A stretch of 42,532 nucleotides of DNA, from NCBI RefSeq assembly GCF_001186125.1, contig NW_014039825.1, positions 1 to 42,532 on the forward strand. The letters are read 5' to 3'. A program made the translations under genes and the position numbers. The notes beneath the pieces are model-generated. The model was given only the letters and a program-made list of their open reading frames with translations, had not been told where the DNA came from and searched no databases. This stretch comes from Sphaeroforma arctica JP610. Lineage: Eukaryota. This document shows, piece by piece, positions 34,844-42,532 of this stretch (positions are counted from its first letter, which is position 1; each line of letters opens with the position of its first letter).

Positions 34844-35331
34844 TGTAAGATTTGGTCTAATAAAGGCGATACTAATGCCTTAGAATAAACAAACGCGTAG
34901 GTAAATTCTAAATATCGTGTAAATATCGATATAAATAAAAGAAATGAGGCGTTTAATAAAGTTAGGTTTGCCTCGTGAAAACAGCAATACTCTGAGGGAT
35001 TGTGAGGCTGAGACATTGCCTATTTATAATCCTCTCAGTACTGTTTCCGCTGAAGGGATTTTATTTAGTGTTTCGTTGTCGCTCTATTCTGGGGCGAATC
35101 CGAGAGACTCATAAAATCATATCTTTAGAAACTTACTTATTGTCTTAACCAATAACTTGCCACTATCAAGAATTACCGACTTCATCAGACTGGCACATCT
35201 GGTTGGAATATCGGAGGATCAACTAGGGAACGTTAATAGTCCCTAGAAACCTATATTCGGTTGAGCCATCTCGCTACCGAAGTATTCAGATAATAAGGCG
35301 TTAATATCGCCATGAGAGACCGAATCTTACA
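34844..35331 (-). repeat. Partial 5' LTR of B copy 3 (34844-35292), abutting a plus-strand LTR-B 3' end (35294-35331)
   Basis: Reverse complement of ~16130-16627, followed by TAAGGCGTTAATATCGCC...GAATCTTACA in the opposite orientation. Confidence 0.85.
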
Positions 35332-35335
35332 CTTA

Positions 35336-36735
35336 TTCATTATTCAGACCTTGTAGCTTTTTCATATATTGTTCAAACCCGACAGGGTTATGATATGCCT
35401 ATCTATCAAAGTCTAGGTGGTCCCAGTTTTAGCCAGCATGAGAAAAGGTTGTAAATAAATCACATGTAAACCCCATTTATATTCCATTGTTGATATCCTT
35501 CACGCAGCACTCCTGAACTGCGTTGATACAGTCCAATGGTCTCCACAGTATTAAAAGTACCATAGAAACATATNNNNNNNNNNNNNNNNNNNNNNNNNNN
35601 NNNNNNNNNNNNNNNNNNNNNNNNNNNNNNNNATGTGTGTGTGTGTGTGTATGTGTATGTGTTAAAAACTAAAGCAATGTAAATCATAGGATGAAATATT
35701 GTGTGAAATATAGCAAGTATAACTGATATATTACTAACATACCATGTAAAGAGCACCGCAGTGGCGCAGCATAAACGATTTTAATCTCCCAAACGCAGTT
35801 TCTATGAGATTCAGGTATGGTCTATATGGCGGGATGAAAAACACTCCCGCTCCCACGGATTCGATAAGCTCTACTACATCTGCGCAATGTATAGCAGTGT
35901 TAAATCACAATGCTCCGCGGCAAAGACCACGGATAGAGATAAGGCAGAATTTGTTGCCGGAAATGATTGTAGAAAGTCGTAGAGTCGTATGTCCCCATAG
36001 TTAGTGCTCAGGCCAAAAATCCAGATAGGTCGCTAGCTGCCAACACGCTAACACGGTTACCACGGTTACCACGTTCGAATGGACTTTTCGCGATTATCTT
36101 CTGTCCTTTCGGGCCATTGCCACGTTTCCGAAACGTTGAGCGAGCATCGCGGGATGCCTCGTCGACGAAGACCAATTGATTCATGTTACTATATACCTGT
36201 TCATTTAAAGTAAAAGAGATAGTCAGAGCACTGAAGAAATTTATTTAAGTATTTAGTATATTGATACTTCCCATAGACCATAAATAATAGTTAAGAACAA
36301 AATATACCTTACCCACGATAGACAGGTAAAGAAATCCAATTGTACTTCAAATGAAGCATATCTGACAGCCTTTTCCATTACCTGCCTCGTATACTTCAGG
36401 TCGAACTTCAATATGCGAAGTATAGTGGTATATGATATCGTATTTCCTCCATTGTCAAGTTGTACTTGTTTCTGGAGTTCATCGAGATGTATTGCTGGAT
36501 TAGCTTTATGAATGGCCTCAACTTGGGCTATTAGTTCTTTGGTTCGCAACAAATCATCTCGCATCTTTTTTTGTTTGGTCACCTACACAGGACACCCGGT
36601 GTTTAGCCATGTTTTGACTATTCTACGTGTTGAACTCTCTGAAACTCTCAAGAATAATCGTATGTCATCGTAGGTAAGATGGTAGTAATACCAAGCGGAA
36701 ATAACCAGCCAGGCTACATTCTCCGAAATCGTCAT
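35336..36735 (-). pseudogene. Intron-containing IS630/Tc1/mariner-type transposase relic
   Basis: HTH-like N-terminus; IHLDELQKQV...ISYTTILRILK; LVFVDE; FFIPPYRPYLNLIETAFG; FSHAG tail. Phase-0 intron 36312-36197 (GTAAGG...CAG) and a second donor GTATGT at 35742. Internal stops. Confidence 0.82.
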
Positions 36736-37695
36736 TATTGAATAACACTAGGACTAGGCGAGACGTGTGCGTAGTGTGATGTTTATATTCTCTATTTACT
36801 AACATCACGAACCAGACAAAGATGAACCACTTTAAAAAAAATATAAATTAATTATATCCGCCTACAATAAATATCGGGGAGATTGTTCACTGTCCAGGTT
36901 CTCAACTCTGGGAAACCGGGATACGTTTGTTCAGAACTTTTGTTTTTTTGCATCTTTATTTATTTATTTATTAAATTTAATACTGAGAGCCGATGGAATC
37001 AGCTTTAAATGGGATTTCTCTCAAAATATATAATTCTGAATAAATGAACCCGCCAAGGCATAAATCACTATTTCAAAAAAAAATTAATTATATATATGGT
37101 CTCCCATTGGCTTCTATTTTAAATATTTATTATTGGGCCAGGTCAATTTCCGCCACCTTCTCAACCCCGTTCCCTAGGTCTGCGGGAACCACCGCTGGGC
37201 TTAATTTAAATTTGTTTTTTTTTAAAGAAAAAAATACTTTGTATTTTTTTCATATTTCTATTTACATATTTAAAAAAAAATACAATGTTCAATTTTAAAT
37301 TTTTGTATTTATTTTTTATAGAAGAAGAAGGCTATGTATATAGTTTTTTTAAATATGTATTTATGTACCTGTTTTTATCAAATAGCCTTCTGCAAGTTCT
37401 GCCAGTGCCTTTTAGTCTTTTACCTTCAATATACTCTCCTAGCTCCTAGTTTCCAATGTACTACTCTCATACAACAAATACTTTATTTATTTGTACTATG
37501 GCTAGGAACAACAAGTACATAGCAGATTGCAGAGTGCAGTTGCAGAGTGCAGACTACAGAGTTAAGGAGTACACTGTGTAGGCCCGGGTAGGCCCGGGCC
37601 CCGATGCTCCTCGTATACATCCCCGTCCCCCGTGTAGTCAACTAGTCGTACACATTACACATGACGACGCAGTCACATTACAATTTACATACTCC

Positions 37696-37775
37696 TTTAT
37701 ATATATATATATATATATATCTCTCTCTCTGTGAAGTCTCCCACTCTAGTAGAGAGAGAGAGAGAGAGAGAGAGT
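37696..37775. repeat. (TA)n/(CT)n/(GA)n microsatellite cluster
   Basis: Direct inspection. Confidence 0.9.
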
Positions 37776-38478
37776 CTTCAGTGCAGAGTTCAGACTGCTA
37801 GTAGTAGAGAGAGTGACTACTACTAGTAGTAAATAGACACTCTAAAGAGAGTAGACTCTCCATGCTACCTCTCTAGTAGTAGAGTCTCTAAAGTCTGAAG
37901 GCAAATATAGAATAGAGAGAGACTAATTTACATTTGTGTATCATGTAATGTACAGTGGTCAGTAGATTGTAGTAGTCAGTATTCACTGCAGTATACTCAG
38001 AACAGTATTTAGTATTTCCCTGATAGTATGTAAATACATAGTCTGTAACTGTATATTGTACCACTGTAGCGTCTGTTTCTGTAGTTTGTTTCTGTAGTCT
38101 GCTTTGTGTAGACTCTAGTGACTAGAGTGATGAATAGTCAACCTCGGCACTCTGCAGAGTCTGTACTATGACACAGCCTGTTTTTAAATTTTTTTAAATT
38201 TTTGTCTGTACCTGTAATTTTACTAATTAGTTAATTTAGTATCAGGTACTATGAATAACCATGTGTGGACTGCAGAGTGTAGGCTGGTGTAGACTGTAGA
38301 GTGTAGTTATGGTGCAATTACCTTTATTTAAAAGAGAGTCGGCCAAATATATTTAAAAAAAAAATGCGAATTACACACCAAAAAAAAATCTGATTTCGCG
38401 AAATCGGGTTGTATGGTTGAATTAGGCTGGTTGAGAGGAAGCCAAAACTGCCCTAATAATTTTGGCCATTTTTGAAGT

Positions 38479-38528
38479 GGCCAATATATGGACCTGGGGC
38501 GGCCAATATATGGACCTGGGGTGGCCAA
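38479..38528. repeat. 22-bp direct repeat (2.3 copies), possibly a subterminal transposon motif
   Basis: GGCCAATATATGGACCTGGGG twice, downstream of the transposase fragment. Confidence 0.75.
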
Positions 38529-38702
38529 CATTGACACTGCCCCTGCCCACATGTCTCAGAACTGATTACTGTATGTCTTTTAATAGTAGAAGTCTATCCT
38601 ACAGAAAAGGCAACATGTTACAATGCGAGATCTGTCCATACAGAATGGATGATATTTTAATTAAAGCTGTCTCCGGGTTAAAGTGAAAAATAGAGCAGTA
38701 CT

Positions 38703-39036
38703 TTAACTTCTGCTGGCACATTTCTTAATAGCCATCTTGGCGGTGATTATTTCATATACATTCTCAGATACACGTCGATGAGGAGTATATTTCTTTTTCG
38801 CAAACGCTGCAAGTTGCAAAGGAATACCCTTATCATAGCAATCGAGGTAACGATAGGCACCCCTCACAAAGCATCTAACTGTATCCAGTTTAACATTGTT
38901 CAGAGCTTCGATGACATGTTTTCGAAGGCCTGCCCACGTATCATCGCATTCTTCTCGCACCTCAAACTTGGCTCGGCCCCAATATCGCTCGATGGGGTTG
39001 CACTCGCAATGTAACTTCGGAATAAATACGCATATG
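38703..39036 (-). pseudogene. 3' fragment of a second IS630/Tc1-superfamily DDE transposase
   Basis: ICVFIPKLHCECNPIERYWGRAKFEVREECD...YRYLDCY...KKYTPHRRV. Confidence 0.82.
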
Positions 39037-39893
39037 TAATATTAATACTACTGGGCTGCACTGAACTTAATATCAATACTTCTGTGATTGCTGCACTGAA
39101 CTCAAGGATAGCGTTTATGTGCCTGTCACACACATAAATATTCTTTTCGACCTGACGGAATATTATCAAAATCAATATTTTGACAGTTCGACTGATCTTA
39201 TAAATGACCGGGTATGTCGATTTCTGACCTCAAAAGTCCAAAATTCGTACTGGAAGGGTGATTACTGAAGAAAGGGCCAACATTTTCCAAATCAGTCAGA
39301 ATAAAATGTGTCCTTGTGATATTTCAGATCAGGTCCCCTGAGCATTTTCCGCTATGTATCAAACTCTCGAATCGGGTCATTATTTGTGCTCCTTGGGTCG
39401 AGACAGGAGGGGTCATTTCACATTTGGCCGACAATCTTTTTAAAAAAGGCAACTGCATCATACTCATAGGATTATAGAGTAGAGTTTTTAAACACATCGA
39501 GAGTAAACTAATAGTAACAACACATGTGTCAAGCACAGGAATTACTATTTACTGAATCAGAACTAGGGACAGGAGCTTGTATTTGTTTTTATGTTCTTTG
39601 TTAAAGCAAAATGTACATAGTGATTGTAGTCGACGATATTATAGATCGTATGTAATCGTTTACTCTTCGAATGTTTTATGTAATTAGTGTTATTGGTTTC
39701 TAAAAATTATATATTTTACATTTACGAGTAAATGTGTTTTACAATTATTTTGTGTTTAGCAGGCTATGTAATGTATATATTTTTCTGTAGAAGTAAAACT
39801 TGAAATGCTTTTATCTATTTATATTATATTATATTGAAACGTAGAAGATTACAAAACAGTCAGCTCAGTAGTTGGTTGCAATCACAATTCACA

Positions 39894-41354
39894 ATGCAGA
39901 CAATCAAAGTAGCCAGCGCTTTCGCGGTATGGGTCATGGCCTCCACATGTGCCCAGCCCATTTCTGAGGAGACTGTCTCGAATATACCATCAGCTTCATT
40001 AGAAACAGAAATAGCGAACACGACAGAAATTCCAATTATGTCGTCGATTCCTGACACACCGGTCGTGCAGAACGTCACCGAAGATCTTTGTAGTTGCTAT
40101 GTAGCCGTGAACAGGATATGCGTTAACACAACACTGCCAGAAACATTGGCAGCAGCCGTAGAGGGAGATGTTGTATCTATATCCGGCAACTACGCAGCAA
40201 GCGAGCCCATGAATATATCAGTATCGTTAACACTACAAGGCATCACGTGCGGTGATAAAATATCGCAAATCACAACACTTTTCAAAACTGATACTCCACT
40301 TATACCCGAAAGTAGAGAAGCCTCGTCACAGAAGTATGCACTATTCAATATTGTGGCCGCATCCATTTCTGTTACTTTGCAAGACCTGAAACTGCAGCGA
40401 GGTCAGCATGATGCGGATTCGTACGGAACTGCTCTATATAGTGAATTTGGAATAGGATTGGAGCTGAAGAACGTGGAGATCTCCAATATGCGAGCTTTCT
40501 CACATGGTGGTAGCGCCGTGTACATTGCAACTGCTGTGGGGTCGGTGCACTTCGATGACCAAACTAAAATTATAGACAACAGTGTAGCCGACGGGGGATG
40601 TAACGAAGACGACGTGCTCGACCCTTACTGTCCGGCACCCAATGGAGGGCCTGATTTGCACCTGTGCCCGGATAGATGTTTCGGTGGTGGTGGTGCAGTC
40701 TGGATTGGATCGTGCTTCGGAGCTGAGACTGATGTTAATGTCAGCGCCAATTTTCACAACAACTATCACGAGTTTGGCCACGGTATGGGTGGCGCTGTAT
40801 TTATGGACTGGGTCCAGTGCGAGGTCCACTTTGTAGGTAACTACACAAACAACACGTCATCCGATGGAGGTGCGATCCACATTGAGAGTATCCAGGAAGG
40901 GGGCTCGATCGAGTTCGATGGTCACTACGAGAATAATCAGGCCGTGGAAGGCGGATGGGGCGCTCGCGGGGCTGCCAATAGAGTGCGTGATATGGTTGAT
41001 GGCAGCACTCTAGCCATCCGCGGCACTTACATCGGCAATCGTGCGGCCGGGCGGGGTGGTGTCATGGCACAAAACAACATTGACGGAACAGTCACAATGG
41101 AGGTCGTTGCAGAAGGCAATGTGGCGACGAGAGGATCGGCTACAAGTGTGCACGGGGTGATATCTGAGGCGTCGATATACACTCTGGCAAAGGAGTGTGT
41201 GTTCACTGATAACGAGGTCGAGGATGACACTCTAACTGATATCAATCTGTACAACGAACACGACATCTCAGAAGTCGAATTCAACGCCGACTACTACAAC
41301 AAGGTAGACTATGTTGTACGCATCCAAACAGACACCCCAACAGACACCCAATAG
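39894..41354 (+). CDS. Secreted right-handed parallel beta-helix protein (pectin-lyase-like fold, Pmp-like GGA[IV]/FxxN repeats), 486 aa
   Basis: Intact, intronless ORF; signal-peptide-like MQTIKVASAFAVWVMASTCA; S/T-rich stalk; repeated GGSAV, GGGAV, GGAV, GGAI and F/YxxN motifs. Confidence 0.8.
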   Translation: MQTIKVASAFAVWVMASTCAQPISEETVSNIPSASLETEIANTTEIPIMSSIPDTPVVQNVTEDLCSCYVAVNRICVNTTLPETLAAAVEGDVVSISGNYAASEPMNISVSLTLQGITCGDKISQITTLFKTDTPLIPESREASSQKYALFNIVAASISVTLQDLKLQRGQHDADSYGTALYSEFGIGLELKNVEISNMRAFSHGGSAVYIATAVGSVHFDDQTKIIDNSVADGGCNEDDVLDPYCPAPNGGPDLHLCPDRCFGGGGAVWIGSCFGAETDVNVSANFHNNYHEFGHGMGGAVFMDWVQCEVHFVGNYTNNTSSDGGAIHIESIQEGGSIEFDGHYENNQAVEGGWGARGAANRVRDMVDGSTLAIRGTYIGNRAAGRGGVMAQNNIDGTVTMEVVAEGNVATRGSATSVHGVISEASIYTLAKECVFTDNEVEDDTLTDINLYNEHDISEVEFNADYYNKVDYVVRIQTDTPTDTQ

Positions 41355-41399
41355 CCACCGCCAACTTCAGAGAACACCAACTTAGTCCAGCTGCTGCCA

Positions 41400-41841
41400 C
41401 AATCAGAGCTCAGTTTTATATACGTAAACGAATAAACAAACATATTAGTATATAGTGTATTTCAGTCGTTGCATCAATCAGAGCTCAGTTTTATATACGT
41501 AAACGAATAAACAAACATATTAGTATATAGTGTATTTTAGTCGTTGCATCAACCAGAGCTCCGTTTTAAATACGTAAATGAATAAACAAACTGATTAGTA
41601 TATAGTGTATTTCAGTCGTTGCATCAATCAGAGCTTCGTTTTATATACGTACATGAACAAACAACCAGATTAGTATATAGTGTATTTCAGTCGTTGCATC
41701 AATCAGAGCTCCGTTCCATACACGTACATGAACAAACAAACAGATTAGTATATAGTGTAGTTCGGTCGTTACATCAATCAAAACTCCGTTCCATAAGCGT
41801 ACATAAGCAAACAAACGTACTTGTATATAACATATTTCAGT
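41400..41841 (+). repeat. 75-bp minisatellite, ~6 copies, diverging toward the 3' end
   Basis: Units start at 41400, 41475, 41550, 41625, 41700 and 41775 (CAATCAGAGCTC...). Confidence 0.95.
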
Positions 41842-42097
41842 TTTTTCTGCAGTTCGTGTTTATAAGCACGTGCCACAACGTCAAGACCTGCTCTATGTAT
41901 CTGTTAATATCACTACAGATTCCAACCCGCGGATTATTAACTAAGTGGCTATATATTTATGAACCACCGATGAAGCAGCACACTGATATGAACAACCAAT
42001 CATTCGCAAGCGATTCAAGTAGCCAGAGACGTGTGTACTCTCCGCATGGCTTATATATTGCCACCGGTTTAGCCTTTGCCTGCGTTCACAACTTTTA

Positions 42098-42453
42098 TTA
42101 ATGAGTGGGACAGGATTACTGGATGACTCCGATAGAGTTACAGTCACGTGCCAGATGGTCAGTCTTCCCACACTTGTTGCATTTCTTGGTGCTCTTGTTG
42201 GCACCTTTCCCTTCCATCTGTTGCAAGATGGATGAAAGTGAATGCATGAGCACATGTTGTTAGAAATAAGCCCAGGCAGCCGTAGCTCTGTTGGTGCTGG
42301 GACAGAAATAACAGTGATACATACTCATGGACACGTTGCTAATCTCGCTGCCAGTTGGAGGGTTTGCAATGGTCGATGCCATCTCCTCTAACTCCGAAAC
42401 ATGCCAACCAGCGAATACATACAATGGTGTGATGCATTTGAGGCCACGTTCAT
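42098..42453 (-). pseudogene. Gag-like fragment with a canonical CCHC Zn knuckle
   Basis: KKCNKCGKTDHLARDC at 42140-42181; internal stops. Confidence 0.6.
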
Positions 42454-42463
42454 ACATATATAT

Positions 42464-42531
<68 letters not shown>

Positions 42532-42532
42532 A
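42454..42532. repeat. (TA)n-(GATA)n-(GA)n compound microsatellite
   Basis: Direct inspection. Confidence 0.97.

Larger units (their letters stand above)
20015..35292 (-). mobile_element. Family B copy 3 Ty3/Gypsy element (LTR-gag-PR-RT-RH-MTase-INT), split by element D and 3'-truncated
   Basis: All domains colinear on the minus strand; removing 22045-31106 restores in-frame KHAVQQ-TPVEQGPVDGVPFEIATNASD. Confidence 0.9.

Noticed and set aside
15560..36900. TIR pair for the Tc1-like element (ATCTCCCAAATAT vs ATATCGGGGAGAT)
   Set aside because: Only ~11 of 13 bases match and the match does not extend
41400..41841. CRISPR array
   Set aside because: Whole 75-bp units repeat with no unique spacers; no cas genes; eukaryotic context

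Overview
Eukaryotic genomic DNA, apparently a fosmid-sized clone: a polylinker remnant at 1-19, microsatellites at both ends and two N gaps. The host cannot be identified from sequence alone. Most of the window is a nest of decayed Ty3/Gypsy LTR retrotransposons. Fragments lie at 0.1-8.8 kb. At 15.9-35.3 kb, a complete two-LTR chromodomain element (family D, 22045-31102, TSD TTGT) sits inside a minus-strand family B element, together with further B copies and two related solo LTRs. The main result is that both D and B encode a Dam-like amino-methyltransferase domain (D-x-F-A...NPPW) inside Pol, between RNase H and a DDE integrase. I know this domain from tyrosine-recombinase DIRS elements, not from integrase-type Ty3/Gypsy. 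Both families also join gag to pol through a single in-frame UGA and lack a TGG-type tRNA primer site. Other content: tRNA-Trp(CCA), a decayed spliced gene with a PHD-like finger, two IS630/Tc1-type transposase relics, an intact secreted beta-helix (Pmp-like repeat) gene and several minisatellites.
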